From assembly GCF_056712565.1 (NCBI RefSeq), contig NZ_CM160072.1: a stretch of 64,000 nucleotides of DNA; one strand, given 5' to 3'. Position 1 is the stretch's first letter, and each line of letters starts with the position of its first letter. Below, piece after piece: positions 1-11,386 of the stretch. Made by a program: the position numbers and the translations under genes. The notes under the pieces are model-generated. The model saw only the letters and a program-made list of their open reading frames with translations, was not told the origin of the DNA and made no database searches.

Positions 1-1480
1 ACTCTTTCATCTCTTTAGGGAATTTCCACAGGCGGATGATATCCGGCTTCCACGCCAATGTTTTCTCTTTGATATTGAGGAAGATTTCCGACATCGACTG
101 CCCGGATAAACTGCTACGGCCAAGTCCGAGATAGTTATCGCCACCGAGAATGTCCAGCACCGTCGCGCCGTTATCCATCGTATTACGCTTCACTGCCAGC
201 GTCTCTTGCTGCGGCTTGTCGCCACGGATGACAAAAAACAGGTTATTGCGATCCTGCTTATTAAGGTATTTCCACGCCGTATTGTTCATCGCTAAATGGT
301 CAGAAGAGACGACGATGACGGTATCTTTAAACCACGGTGACGCTTTGATTTTGTTGATAAACGTCGCAATATTCTCCTGGCTGCAACTTACCGCGCTGAA
401 TGACTGATTCGGCTTACCGTCAAAATCATATTTTTTGCGGTTACAGGTGCGCGAGATAAAACCATCCGGGTGATGGGTATCGACTGTCAGGGTAAACAGT
501 GAGAATCGCTGACCTGAGCGGGAAAGCTCTTCAAATTTTTTCCACGCTTCATCGAGAACGGTATCGTCGTAGAATCCCCAGTCGTTGCGATAGTGCGGGT
601 CGGCCACCACGCTTTTCAGCTCTTCTGAGCCGTATAAGTGGTCGAAGCCGTGCGATTTCAGGAACACATCTTTACCGGCAAAACGCAGATTCGCGCCCTG
701 CACGAAATAGTTCTGATAACCCGAGTTTTTCATAATATCGCCCAGACAGATGTTCTGCGGGAAGAAGCTGGAAACAGAAGCGGAGGCGTTGCCTTCAAAT
801 GGGGCAAACAGCGGTATGCCGCACTGAGAAGCCACCATGCCCGCAATCGTGTAATCCGTTCCTGGCAGCTGCTGCGTGTGGCTGAAATCCAGGCCTTCAT
901 TTTTCAACGCGCCCAGTTCAGGCGTGAGATCCGGGAAAGCCTCGTTATCAAAATAGGTCCGCTCGAGACTTTCGCCGTAGATATAAACCAGGTTGAGTTT
1001 CGGGTCAGGGATAGTTTTCGACGGCTCTTTATAATAAGCCGCAAAGTCCGGGTCGCCGTCGCGTGACTGGGATTTCACCAGTTCCGTTATCTGACGAAAT
1101 GCCGGGCTGGCATCCACTGAACCCAGCGCCAGTAAGAGTGCCAGCAGGCTGTAACCAAAATGGTGCGGATGATGACGACGACGGCGCAGGATCCAGCCCA
1201 GCGCACCGAACACCGCCGCCAGCCCCAGCACAATGCCGATACCAGGCAGGATGTATTTGCTGACGCCAGCACCGGTCAGGCTGTTGGTTAAGGTATAGAG
1301 AACCGCGTCGTTAATACCATCGCCAGTAAAATAGTCGCTGGCAAACAGGGTGATATTTAAAACGACAAATAGCCCCAGTACCGTTAATGTGGCTGCAAAC
1401 CACCAGGTGTTACGTCCCGCTTTCCATGCGTAAATCAGCACAGAGGCGAGAAAAAGGGCGAAAGAGAGTAGTTCTGACAA
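1..1480 (-). CDS. opgB: Phosphoglycerol transferase I (osmoregulated periplasmic glucan biosynthesis); 3' end runs off the left window edge
   Basis: Minus-strand frame open from position 1 to a TTG start at 1480-1478; translation begins [19 protein letters not shown] and at the window edge reads ...[30 protein letters not shown], matching MdoB/OpgB as I remember it. Absent from the ORF track because it is truncated. Confidence 0.85.
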   Translation of the reverse strand, partial: MSELLSFALFLASVLIYAWKAGRNTWWFAATLTVLGLFVVLNITLFASDYFTGDGINDAVLYTLTNSLTGAGVSKYILPGIGIVLGLAAVFGALGWILRRRRHHPHHFGYSLLALLLALGSVDASPAFRQITELVKSQSRDGDPDFAAYYKEPSKTIPDPKLNLVYIYGESLERTYFDNEAFPDLTPELGALKNEGLDFSHTQQLPGTDYTIAGMVASQCGIPLFAPFEGNASASVSSFFPQNICLGDIMKNSGYQNYFVQGANLRFAGKDVFLKSHGFDHLYGSEELKSVVADPHYRNDWGFYDDTVLDEAWKKFEELSRSGQRFSLFTLTVDTHHPDGFISRTCNRKKYDFDGKPNQSFSAVSCSQENIATFINKIKASPWFKDTVIVVSSDHLAMNNTAWKYLNKQDRNNLFFVIRGDKPQQETLAVKRNTMDNGATVLDILGGDNYLGLGRSSLSGQSMSEIFLNIKEKTLAWKPDIIRLWKFPKEMKE

Positions 1481-1733
1481 CGGGCGATCCTCACTAAACC
1501 GGGCCGTTTAGCCAACGTTTAAGCTTTTTGAGAAGCACAATGTAATGGCGTCGCCATATTGCTGCAATTCTAGTGTCAAAAAAATGCGATGTTGTTAGGA
1601 ATTAGTTTATAAACAGACTTTTTTGATCGCGGTCGCTTCCCGTGTAACAGGGGTAAAACCGTCCAGGAGCAGGGAAAAGGGCAGGAGAGAGCCGCGTCAG
1701 CCGGGTAACAGCTAAAACGCGGCGTTTCGCGGT

Positions 1734-2231
1734 TCAGGAAATGAAGTTCAGCCCCTGCTTTAACACCAGATCGCAGGCTTTGGTTTTCACCTTTTCTGCC
1801 AGCGGAGTCGTTCCAATATTATCCAGATTGAGTTGCTGACCATCTTTGGTTTTCAGCAAACCCTGAATGCCATCCAGATAGTTGGTGTCTTCTTTTTGCT
1901 CTTCACTGTTCAGGCCCAGTTTTTCCAGTACCTGATTCTTGATGTTTTCGGCATCGGTTACCGAAGCCAGCTTTTGCTTCGCGCAGTATTGCAGAATGCC
2001 TGCGGCGTTGTTCATGTTATCTGCGCTTAAGGCCTGGTTCCCGTTGCTAAGCAAGTTAGTTAATGACGCGAGCGACCAACCGCCTTCCTGTGTCGTGTTG
2101 TTTTGGTTGCCAAGTTCGCTGGCGGCGCTGGAGAGCGCATCTTTCCAGGACGCAGCATGCACCCCGGTGGAAATTAATGCGCTGGCGGCAATGGCACAGC
2201 ACAGAAGATGTTTAATAGTTTTCATCATCAT
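1734..2231 (-). CDS. yjjA: Secreted DUF2501-family protein YjjA
   Basis: 165-aa ORF with signal-peptide-like N-terminus MMMKTIKHLLCCAIAASALISTGVHA; position upstream of dnaC matches K-12 order. Which of three tandem Met codons is the start is uncertain. Confidence 0.8.
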   Translation of the reverse strand: MMMKTIKHLLCCAIAASALISTGVHAASWKDALSSAASELGNQNNTTQEGGWSLASLTNLLSNGNQALSADNMNNAAGILQYCAKQKLASVTDAENIKNQVLEKLGLNSEEQKEDTNYLDGIQGLLKTKDGQQLNLDNIGTTPLAEKVKTKACDLVLKQGLNFIS

Positions 2232-2276
2232 TACTCAAGGTTGAATTGTGTCGCAGTATACCGCCAGAAACGGGGA

Positions 2277-3014
2277 TTAATACTCTTTACCTGTTACACG
2301 GCTACGGTAGCTATCCCAGTTGAAGATCACCCACAAACTGTTACCCAGGCGCATACGGTCCATCACGCGTTCGCCCAGCAACTTGGTCATCTCTTCCATA
2401 TTACTGTTGGTCAGCATCCCGGTTGGGCGTTTGGAAGAAGAGCGGCGATCGACGATCTGGTTGATGATCACTTTTTCGTATTTCGATTCGGTCTGCACGC
2501 CGATCTCATCGATCACCAGCAGATCAACGTTACTCAGATCGTTAAGCAGTTGTTCTTCGCTGGTACCGCTATTCCTGAAGGTATCTTTCATCGCCGACAT
2601 AATATCGGCCACGGTGATGATCAATACGGATTTACCGCGTAGCAGCAGCTCGTTGCAGATTGCCGCCGCCAGATGGTTTTTGCCGGTTCCTGGCTTGCCA
2701 GAAAAGATGAAGCTGGCGATGTTGCCGTCAAACTCTTCGACATACTGGCGCGCTTTGCTTAACGCATTCATTTGCCCTTCACACTCAACGCGATAGTTCT
2801 CAAAGGAGCAGTTCTGATGCAGTGGACGAATACCGGAGCGGTTAAAGGTGCGCTGCATTTTCATCGCCCGATTTTCACGTTCGAGAGCGGCGGAGCGGAT
2901 CGCCCCTTGTTCTTTCTGCCAGGCCAGTAATTCTTCACCCGTTTTGAAAGCAGGTTTGATATGGGCAGGCATCATTTTTTGCAGGCGTTGCATCAGGTCG
3001 CCAACGTTTTTCAT
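2277..3014 (-). CDS. dnaC: Helicase loader DnaC (AAA+ ATPase)
   Basis: 245-aa ORF; Walker A GKPGTGKNHL, Walker B DLLVIDEIG; adjacent to dnaT. Confidence 0.95.
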   Translation of the reverse strand: MKNVGDLMQRLQKMMPAHIKPAFKTGEELLAWQKEQGAIRSAALERENRAMKMQRTFNRSGIRPLHQNCSFENYRVECEGQMNALSKARQYVEEFDGNIASFIFSGKPGTGKNHLAAAICNELLLRGKSVLIITVADIMSAMKDTFRNSGTSEEQLLNDLSNVDLLVIDEIGVQTESKYEKVIINQIVDRRSSSKRPTGMLTNSNMEEMTKLLGERVMDRMRLGNSLWVIFNWDSYRSRVTGKEY

Positions 3015-3016
3015 CG

Positions 3017-3556
3017 TTACCCTCTGAATCCTGGTGGAATTTGGCTGTCAGGTTCACTGACCGTATTCACATCTCGTTTCGGCAGTCCGCCGTTGCTGGC
3101 ACGACCGATTTGCAGGCTGCGCGCCAGTTTTTGTTGCCACTGCACATGGTGAAAGACTTTGCCTTCCGCCTGCCAGTAGGCAATGAATGACGCCAGTTCT
3201 TCGGCGGTCACCGACTCTCTTAGTGCCACGCCCCATAGCGCCGCCAGGCGGATAAAGTCGGCATCGGGTTGCCAGTCTGGGTACATGGCAAATTTCCCCA
3301 TGGGTACGGCAACGGGAGCGGTTTGCGGTTCCTGATAGAGTTGATCGTCCAGAGCGACATCGCTTCCCGGACGCGCCAGCTTTTCTTCCAGCGCCAGCAG
3401 TTCAGCCAGGCGTGCAGGAGTGATGGCATAAAACGCCGGGGCATTGTTAGCAAATACGGCAACCACACCGCCTTCAGCTTTTGCCAGAACGGTTTGGTGA
3501 TCGTGTACCAGGGCGTCAATACCAACGACGTCCGGGGTCAAAACTCTGGAAGACAT
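3017..3556 (-). CDS. dnaT: Primosomal protein DnaT
   Basis: ORF-track frame 3017..3568; internal Met giving [21 protein letters not shown] (179 aa) matches DnaT; 3 bp from dnaC. Confidence 0.9.
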   Translation of the reverse strand: MSSRVLTPDVVGIDALVHDHQTVLAKAEGGVVAVFANNAPAFYAITPARLAELLALEEKLARPGSDVALDDQLYQEPQTAPVAVPMGKFAMYPDWQPDADFIRLAALWGVALRESVTAEELASFIAYWQAEGKVFHHVQWQQKLARSLQIGRASNGGLPKRDVNTVSEPDSQIPPGFRG

Positions 3557-3663
3557 ACTGTTTCTCAAATATGGAACGATGAACGAGAAGGGAGATAACT
3601 TTTATAGTAACACACGGAGGAGAGGAGGCTGTCTCTCATCCGCGTGCTTTAAGTGAGGCAATT

Positions 3664-4898
<1,235 letters not shown>

Positions 4899-4961
4899 AA
4901 CTCGCCCTTTGTCATAGACGTGCTGCGTATTGTTCAGATAATGAGAATCCATTTGTATCAT

Positions 4962-5517
4962 GAAGCACGGTTGTTTTGCGGTAGGTTAAGATCAAAATTG
5001 CGCTGATTAATCCTGGTTATCGGGAGATGCTCGGTGATAAAAAGCGAATTATCTCTCGCCGTAAACAAACTATCGCATGAATATTATCACTATAATGAAT
5101 TTGTTATTTGGCCTTTACGAGTCAGGATAATAGATAGCTGGGCGCGTTTTTTTATGTTAACAAGTTAAAACCATCAGATTTTATTGAATAAATATTGATT
5201 GTGTGATTCCCGCACTCTGCGGGAAGAGATATTATTTAATTATAAATTAAATGAATGAGATTTCTGTTTTTCATTAAGTATTTCTAACAACTTAATGTAG
5301 ATATTTTAAATGTCTCCAGGCTATTTCACCAGGTTATCATTTGATGCTAACCTTCTGACACATGCAGTGGAGTTGTTGTGCAGCAGGAGTATGCTGATAT
5401 GAAAGTGAATGCTAAGGATAATTTATTCGCTTAATCTATTAATTTGCTGGAAATATTTAAGGAATGAATGCCTTGAATAAACCATCATGATTTTTAGACA
5501 GTGGATGTGGAGGAAAT
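4962..5517 (+). promoter_or_regulatory. AT-rich leader/promoter region of the yjjQ-bglJ operon (expected H-NS target)
   Basis: Roughly 550 bp of strongly AT-rich non-coding sequence (runs such as ttatttaattataaattaaatgaatgag) immediately upstream of yjjQ. H-NS silencing and LeuO activation are recalled from the literature, not visible in sequence. Confidence 0.6.
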
Positions 5518-6243
5518 ATGTTGCCAGGATGCTGCAAAAATGGAATTGTTATCAGTAAAATACCTGTTATGCAAGCAGGGTTAAAAGAGGTCATGAGGAC
5601 TCACTTCCCTGAATATGAAATAATATCCAGCGCCTCTGCGGAGGACCTTACCTTATTACAATTACGTCGTTCCGGATTAGTCATTGCTGATTTGGCCGGT
5701 GAAAGTGAAGATCCACGTTCCGTTTGTGAGCATTATTACTCTTTAATCTCACAATATCGGGAAATTCACTGGGTTTTCATGGTGTCACGCTCCTGGTATT
5801 CCCAGGCAGTAGAATTGCTCATGTGCCCTACGGCGACGTTATTGTCTGATGTTGAACCCATTGAGAATCTGGTCAAGACCGTACGTTCCGGCAATACGCA
5901 CTCAGAGCGTATCAGCGCCATGCTGACCTCTCCGGCAATGACTGAAACTCATGATTTTAGCTATCGCTCCGTCATTCTCACTCTTTCAGAGCGCAAGGTA
6001 CTGCGGCTATTAGGTAAAGGATGGGGCATCAACCAGATAGCTTCATTGCTTAAGAAAAGTAATAAAACTATTAGCGCCCAAAAAAACAGTGCGATGCGTC
6101 GACTGGCAATTCACAGCAACGCTGAAATGTATGCATGGATAAATAGCGCGCAGGGTGCAAGAGAACTTAACTTGCCTTCTGTTTATGGAGATGCCGCAGA
6201 ATGGAACACAGCCGAATTAAGAAGAGAAATGTCGCACTCATAG
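5518..6243 (+). CDS. yjjQ: LuxR/FixJ-type transcriptional regulator YjjQ
   Basis: 241-aa ORF; C-terminal LuxR-type HTH ([41 protein letters not shown]). Confidence 0.9.
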   Translation: MLPGCCKNGIVISKIPVMQAGLKEVMRTHFPEYEIISSASAEDLTLLQLRRSGLVIADLAGESEDPRSVCEHYYSLISQYREIHWVFMVSRSWYSQAVELLMCPTATLLSDVEPIENLVKTVRSGNTHSERISAMLTSPAMTETHDFSYRSVILTLSERKVLRLLGKGWGINQIASLLKKSNKTISAQKNSAMRRLAIHSNAEMYAWINSAQGARELNLPSVYGDAAEWNTAELRREMSHS

Positions 6244-6878
6244 AAAAATGCGTCATGAGTCGTATCGGTATTGAGAGTTTATTCAGAAAGTTTGCAGGTA
6301 ACCCTTATAAGCTCCATACCTATACCAGTCAGGAGTCATTTCAGGATGCCATGTCGCGGATCTCGTTTGCAGCGGTCATTTTTTCTTTTTCTGCCATGAG
6401 AAGTGCGCGCAGAGAGGGATTATCCTGCCTGACTGAACTGGCGATTAAGTTTCCGCGTACCCGGCGTTTAGTTATTGCGGATGATGATATTGAAGCTCGG
6501 CTGATTGGTTCATTGTCGCCATCACCGCTGGACGGTGTATTAAGTAAAGCGTCAACGCTGGAGATTTTTCATCAGGAACTCTTTTTGTCATTAAATGGTG
6601 TACGTCAGGCGACCGATCGACTGAACAATCAGTGGTACATTAACCAAAGCCGGACGTTAAGCCCGACGGAGAGAGAAATATTGCGCTTTATGTCGCGTGG
6701 CTACTCAATGACACAAATTGCCGAGCAGCTTAAACGCAATATTAAAACGATCCGTGCACATAAATTTAATGTGATGTCGAAACTGGGCGTCAGTTCTGAT
6801 GCAGGGTTGTTGGAGGCCGCAGATATTCTGTTATGTATGCGGCATTGCGAAACAAGTAATGTGTTGCATCCTTATTAA
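6201..6878 (+). CDS. bglJ: LuxR-type regulator BglJ (RcsB partner)
   Basis: 225-aa ORF overlapping the yjjQ 3' end by 43 nt; C-terminal [48 protein letters not shown]. Confidence 0.9.
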   Translation: MEHSRIKKRNVALIEKCVMSRIGIESLFRKFAGNPYKLHTYTSQESFQDAMSRISFAAVIFSFSAMRSARREGLSCLTELAIKFPRTRRLVIADDDIEARLIGSLSPSPLDGVLSKASTLEIFHQELFLSLNGVRQATDRLNNQWYINQSRTLSPTEREILRFMSRGYSMTQIAEQLKRNIKTIRAHKFNVMSKLGVSSDAGLLEAADILLCMRHCETSNVLHPY

Positions 6879-6915
6879 TCCGCATGATGCCGGGTTTACT
6901 TCCCCGGCAGTGCTT

Positions 6916-7704
6916 TCATTTCAGCGTACAATCGCCACATTGCTGCACATCCGGTAAGCGATAACGCTGGCAGCAAGTGCGGCGCACCAGCAGGCCGTCG
7001 CGTAGCACCACGGTACGCCAGAGTGGATTATCTTCACCGGTAGTAAGCGTTTTCTCAAAAAAGAGGGCATAGCGCAGCGATTCAACCGTCGCCTCGCCGA
7101 GCAGCTGTTTCATCTCAGTCAGATACCAGTTGATCAAATAACCGGTATTGCTCCAGATAAGTTTGCCGTTAATCTCTCCCGTTGCTTCTAGTGCCTGCAG
7201 AACCGGAACCAGCGCCTGGCTGATTAACGTTTCCATTCGCTGCTGCGGCGAATGTAGTGTTGCGTTTTTATCTTCACACACATCGACCCAGAAACAGGCG
7301 GCGCGTCCGGTTTCGTGAAACTCAACGTGGACATGTTCCGGCGACACATCTAATGCTTTTTCCTGAGTCAGCAGCGCCAGCATTAATGGTGGTACCATCA
7401 GGCCGATATACCATTGCGCCCACAGTGAGATAAGCGGTTTGTTTTCGCGGATCATCAAAGGTTGGTTGCGGTAGATATGATCGGAATAGACCGCGAGTAG
7501 AGAACTTAGCGCATTCGGTGATGACCATTGCGCCAGCGTCATGGCGTTAAGTGGGGCGGGTTCATCCAGGCGGATAAACTCCAGCAAATGTTCACGATGT
7601 TCGGCGATCGTTGCCCGCACGGCTTGTGCAAGCCCAGCATCCTGCGGCTGGAGATGCGTTCGCCAGATAACATCTTCATAGAGCGGTGCGGAACGATAGG
7701 CCAT
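6916..7704 (-). CDS. fhuF: Ferric-siderophore reductase FhuF (2Fe-2S protein)
   Basis: 262-aa ORF; C-terminal cysteine cluster RRTCCQRYRLPDVQQCGDCTLK. Confidence 0.95.
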   Translation of the reverse strand: MAYRSAPLYEDVIWRTHLQPQDAGLAQAVRATIAEHREHLLEFIRLDEPAPLNAMTLAQWSSPNALSSLLAVYSDHIYRNQPLMIRENKPLISLWAQWYIGLMVPPLMLALLTQEKALDVSPEHVHVEFHETGRAACFWVDVCEDKNATLHSPQQRMETLISQALVPVLQALEATGEINGKLIWSNTGYLINWYLTEMKQLLGEATVESLRYALFFEKTLTTGEDNPLWRTVVLRDGLLVRRTCCQRYRLPDVQQCGDCTLK

Positions 7705-7709
7705 AATCG

Positions 7710-7832
7710 TGATAGTAATCTAAATGATAATTATTGCTAATCCTATCGATAGGTTTACCCGATAGCAAGGAATTTCTCTGGCTTGCAAATGATAAAAATT
7801 ATCATATGATATTAGTTATCATTATCAATGAA
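7710..7832. promoter_or_regulatory. Divergent fhuF/yjjZ promoter region with Fur-box-like repeats
   Basis: Several GATAAT/ATCATT hexamer arrays: aatgataattatt (7723-7735), aatgataaaaattatcat (7788-7805), gttatcattatcaatg (7815-7830), resembling the Fur consensus GATAATGATAATCATTATC. Confidence 0.6.
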
Positions 7833-7844
7833 AGAGATGAAACC

Positions 7845-8081
7845 ATGTTGCAACGTACGCTGGGCAGTGGCTGGGGAGTGTTGCTGCCGGGATTGCTGAT
7901 TGCAGGGCTGATGTATGCGGATTTATCGCCGGATCAATGGCGGATTGTCATTCTGATGGGATTGGTATTGACGCCGGTGATGCTGTATCACAAACAGTTA
8001 CGGCATTACGTTTTGCTACCATCGTGCCTGGCGCTTATTGCTGGCATCATGCTGATGATAATGAATTTGAATCAGGGGTGA
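7845..8081 (+). CDS. yjjZ: Small inner-membrane protein YjjZ
   Basis: ORF-track frame 7734..8081; start placed at internal ATG 7845 (MLQRTLGSGWGVLLPGLLIAG, 78 aa) from memory of K-12 YjjZ; two predicted TM helices. Confidence 0.75.
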   Translation: MLQRTLGSGWGVLLPGLLIAGLMYADLSPDQWRIVILMGLVLTPVMLYHKQLRHYVLLPSCLALIAGIMLMIMNLNQG

Positions 8082-8119
8082 TAAAACAGTGACGAGACAA
8101 GAAAAGAAGTAAAGATAAT

Positions 8120-8206
8120 TGGTGCGAGGGGGGGGACTTGAACCCCCACGTCCGTAAGGACACTAACACCTGAAGCTAGCGCGTCTACCAATTCCGCCAC
8201 CTTCGC
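8120..8206 (-). tRNA. leuV: tRNA-Leu (anticodon CAG), 87 nt including CCA
   Basis: Reverse complement reads GCGAAGGTGGCGGAATTGGTAGACGCGCTAGCTTCAGGTGTTAGTGTCCTTACGGACGTGGGGGTTCAAGTCCCCCCCCTCGCACCA; long variable arm typical of tRNA-Leu. Gene name assigned by order. Confidence 0.9.
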
Positions 8207-8240
8207 ACAGTCATCTTACTTTTTTTGATATCGCCTCGTT

Positions 8241-8327
8241 TGGTGCGAGGGGGGGGACTTGAACCCCCACGTCCGTAAGAACACTAACACCTGAAGCTAG
8301 CGCGTCTACCAATTCCGCCACCTTCGC
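8241..8327 (-). tRNA. leuP: tRNA-Leu (anticodon CAG), variant copy
   Basis: Same 87-nt sequence as neighbours except one base (window position 8280, a instead of g; C to U in the tRNA variable arm). Confidence 0.85.
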
Positions 8328-8355
8328 CCAGTGCGAGCAATATCAACGTGGTTTT

Positions 8356-8442
8356 TGGTGCGAGGGGGGGGACTTGAACCCCCACGTCCGTAAGGACACT
8401 AACACCTGAAGCTAGCGCGTCTACCAATTCCGCCACCTTCGC
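8356..8442 (-). tRNA. leuQ: tRNA-Leu (anticodon CAG)
   Basis: Identical to the 8120-8206 copy; promoter-proximal member of the three-gene tRNA operon. Confidence 0.9.
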
Positions 8443-8641
8443 ATACCATCAATTCTTAAAAAGAATTGCTACCACGGAGGCGCATTCTAGTGGTTTTCAG
8501 CTTTTCGTCAATAGTTAATTATCGACAGAGGTGTAATTGCTGGAAAAATATCCATCAGCGGATTGTGGATAATTCGTTTGTCGGTCAGATAAGGCGTGTA
8601 CGCCGCATCCGACACGGTATGCGGCGACATATATCAGATAC

Positions 8642-9673
8642 TCAACCTTTCTTCGCCTGGCGGGTCATAATGGCGCGATACACCTTGAAGCGCCCGGTTT
8701 GCGCGATCACTTCATGGAAGCCAAATGTCTCATCCAGCACGTCCGGGTAAGGCAGGAAGGCGTTCGCTACAATTCGCAACTCGCCGCCGCTGTTCAGATG
8801 ACGCACCGCGCCGCGAATCAGCGTTTGCGCGGCATCCAGGCTGGTTTGCATCCCATCGTGGAACGGCGGGTTGGAGATTATCATATCAAAGCGACCTTTC
8901 ACCTCGGAAAAGACGTTGCTGGCAAAGACTTCACCTTCAACACCGTTGGTCGCAAGTGTTGCGCGGCTGGCTTCTACCGCTGGTGCAGAAACATCACACA
9001 GAGTGAGGCGGATCTTCGGTGAATGGCGCGCAAAAGCAACGGAAAGCACTCCCGCGCCGCAGCCGACATCCAGCACTTTACCTTTCGTGTGTGGAGTTAG
9101 CGTCGAGAGCAGCAACTGACTGCCGACATCCAGACCGTCGCGGCTAAACACGCCCGGCAGTGTTTTGACCGTCAAGCCATCGACGCTGTATTCGCCCCAG
9201 AATTTATTGGCATCAAATACCGGCTGCTTTTCCAGACGACCAAAATAGAGGCCGCAGCGACGGGCGCTGTCTACCTTATTCAACGGCGCATAATCGGCCA
9301 GCATCTGCTCGGCGATGCGCACGCCGCTGCGGTTCTCGCCAACGACAAAAATATCCGTGCCCACCGGAAGCAGAGAAAGTAAATTCATCAACTGGAACTG
9401 GGCTTCCGGTTTGTTCTTCGGCCAGTAGTAGATCAGCGTATCGCAATCTGCGACATCATTCGCCGTGGCGACCAGGCTAAAACGGGCGTTATCCCCCATC
9501 TGGCGGCTTAACACCTGCCAGTGGTGGAATTGCTGGGTATGAGCACGGCTGGCCGCGGTATCTAAACGCGCGGGCAGGTCATCCTGTAAGTCTCCGGCAA
9601 ACAGAATACGGCTTTGTTCGAAATCATCACTGTGACGCAGCAAGACTTCACTTGCCGGGGTAAATGCAGACAT
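8642..9673 (-). CDS. rsmC: 16S rRNA (guanine1207-N2)-methyltransferase
   Basis: 343-aa ORF; SAM motif [13 protein letters not shown] and NPPFH catalytic motif. Confidence 0.95.
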   Translation of the reverse strand: MSAFTPASEVLLRHSDDFEQSRILFAGDLQDDLPARLDTAASRAHTQQFHHWQVLSRQMGDNARFSLVATANDVADCDTLIYYWPKNKPEAQFQLMNLLSLLPVGTDIFVVGENRSGVRIAEQMLADYAPLNKVDSARRCGLYFGRLEKQPVFDANKFWGEYSVDGLTVKTLPGVFSRDGLDVGSQLLLSTLTPHTKGKVLDVGCGAGVLSVAFARHSPKIRLTLCDVSAPAVEASRATLATNGVEGEVFASNVFSEVKGRFDMIISNPPFHDGMQTSLDAAQTLIRGAVRHLNSGGELRIVANAFLPYPDVLDETFGFHEVIAQTGRFKVYRAIMTRQAKKG

Positions 9674-9775
9674 GGAATGCTCCTCAATTGATACTGGCGG
9701 CGATTATAGCCATATGTTGGCGCGGTATCGACGAATTTGCTATATTTGCGCCCCTGACAACAGGAGCGATTCGCT

Positions 9776-10189
9776 ATGACATCCCGACGAGACTGGCAGT
9801 TACAGCAACTGGGCATTACCCAGTGGTCGCTGCGTCGCCCTGGCGCGTTGCAGGGGGAGATTGCCATTGCGATCCCGCCACACGTCCGTCTGGTGATGGT
9901 GGCAAACGATCTTCCCGCCCTGACCGATCCTCTGGTGAGCGATGTTCTGCGTGCGTTAACTGTCAGCCCCGATCAAGTGCTGCAACTGACGCCAGAAAAA
10001 ATCGCGATGCTGCCGCAAGGCAGCCGCTGCAACAGCTGGCGGTTGGGTACTGACGAACCGCTATCACTGGAAGGCGCTCAGGTGGCATCACCGGCGCTCA
10101 CCGAATTACGGGCAAACCCAACGGCACGCGCCGCGTTATGGCAACAAATTTGCACATATGAACACGATTTCTTCCCTCGAAACGACTGA
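9776..10189 (+). CDS. holD: DNA polymerase III psi subunit
   Basis: 137-aa ORF (MTSRRDWQLQQLGITQWSLRRPGALQGE...); overlaps rimI start as in K-12. Confidence 0.9.
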   Translation: MTSRRDWQLQQLGITQWSLRRPGALQGEIAIAIPPHVRLVMVANDLPALTDPLVSDVLRALTVSPDQVLQLTPEKIAMLPQGSRCNSWRLGTDEPLSLEGAQVASPALTELRANPTARAALWQQICTYEHDFFPRND

Positions 10190-10604
10190 TTTACCAGCGG
10201 CTTACCACATTGAACAACGCGCCCACGCCTTTCCGTGGAGTGAAAAAACCTTTGCCAGCAACCAGGGCGAGCGTTATCTCAACTTTCAGTTAACGCAAAA
10301 CGGCAAAATGGCGGCGTTTGCGATTACGCAAGTGGTGCTGGATGAAGCTACATTGTTCAATATTGCGGTCGATCCTGACTATCAGCGTCAGGGATTGGGA
10401 AGGGCGCTGCTGGAACATCTGATCGACGAACTGGAAAAACGCGGCGTGGCGACGCTATGGCTGGAAGTCCGTGCCTCAAATGCTGCCGCCATTGCCCTGT
10501 ACGAAAGTTTAGGCTTTAACGAGGCGACGATTCGCCGCAATTACTACCCCACCACGGACGGTCGCGAAGACGCCATCATCATGGCGTTACCAATCAGTAT
10601 GTAA
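10158..10604 (+). CDS. rimI: Ribosomal protein S18 alanine N-acetyltransferase
   Basis: 148-aa ORF; GNAT motif [22 protein letters not shown]. Confidence 0.95.
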   Translation: MNTISSLETTDLPAAYHIEQRAHAFPWSEKTFASNQGERYLNFQLTQNGKMAAFAITQVVLDEATLFNIAVDPDYQRQGLGRALLEHLIDELEKRGVATLWLEVRASNAAAIALYESLGFNEATIRRNYYPTTDGREDAIIMALPISM

Positions 10605-10618
10605 GACAAGGTGGAATA

Positions 10619-11296
10619 ATGAAGTGGGACTGGATTTTCTTTGATGCCGATGAAACGCTGTTTACCTTTGACTCATTCACCGGCCTGCAGCGGATGTTTC
10701 TTGATTACAGCGTCACCTTTACCGCTGAAGATTTTCAGGACTATCAGGCCGTTAACAAGCCACTGTGGGTGGATTATCAAAACGGCGCGATCACTTCATT
10801 ACAGCTTCAGCACGGGCGGTTTGAGAGCTGGGCCGAACGGCTGAACGTCGAACCGGGTAAACTCAACGAGGCCTTTATTAATGCGATGGCGGAAATCTGT
10901 ACGCCGTTGCCGGGGGCGGTTTCCCTGCTTAACGCCATTCGTGGCAACGCCAAAATCGGCATCATCACCAACGGCTTTAGCGCCTTGCAACAGGTACGTC
11001 TGGAACGCACGGGCCTGCGTGATTACTTCGATTTGCTGGTGATTTCCGAAGAAGTTGGCGTTGCCAAACCGAATAAGAAAATTTTCGATTATGCGCTGGA
11101 ACAAGCGGGCAATCCTGACCGTTCACGCGTGCTGATGGTTGGTGACACTGCCGAGTCCGATATTCTCGGTGGCATCAACGCCGGGCTTGCGACCTGCTGG
11201 CTGAATGCGCACAATCGCGAGCAACCAGAAGGCATCGCGCCCACCTGGACCGTTTCTTCGTTGCACGAACTGGAGCAGCTCCTGTGTAAACACTGA
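10619..11296 (+). CDS. yjjG: HAD-family pyrimidine 5'-nucleotidase YjjG
   Basis: 225-aa ORF; HAD motif I FFDADETL at N-terminus, motif [10 protein letters not shown]. Confidence 0.95.
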   Translation: MKWDWIFFDADETLFTFDSFTGLQRMFLDYSVTFTAEDFQDYQAVNKPLWVDYQNGAITSLQLQHGRFESWAERLNVEPGKLNEAFINAMAEICTPLPGAVSLLNAIRGNAKIGIITNGFSALQQVRLERTGLRDYFDLLVISEEVGVAKPNKKIFDYALEQAGNPDRSRVLMVGDTAESDILGGINAGLATCWLNAHNREQPEGIAPTWTVSSLHELEQLLCKH

Positions 11297-11386
11297 TTGC
11301 CTCCCCCCCGTTGATGGGTAAAATAGCCGCAATTTTTCGTTTTCAACAAGCGCGGCGCGATGCCGCTTACTCAAGAAGAAAGAATT

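Noticed and set aside
150-1263. Several plus-strand ORFs (85-142 aa) in the first 1.3 kb
   Set aside because: They lie antisense within the opgB coding region, which is supported by a long conserved translation on the minus strand.
8120-8442. Three tandem ~87-nt repeats with short spacers, superficially array-like
   Set aside because: They are complete tRNA-Leu genes (acceptor stem, anticodon CAG, CCA end), not CRISPR repeats; spacers are 34 and 28 bp of ordinary intergenic sequence and no cas genes are nearby.
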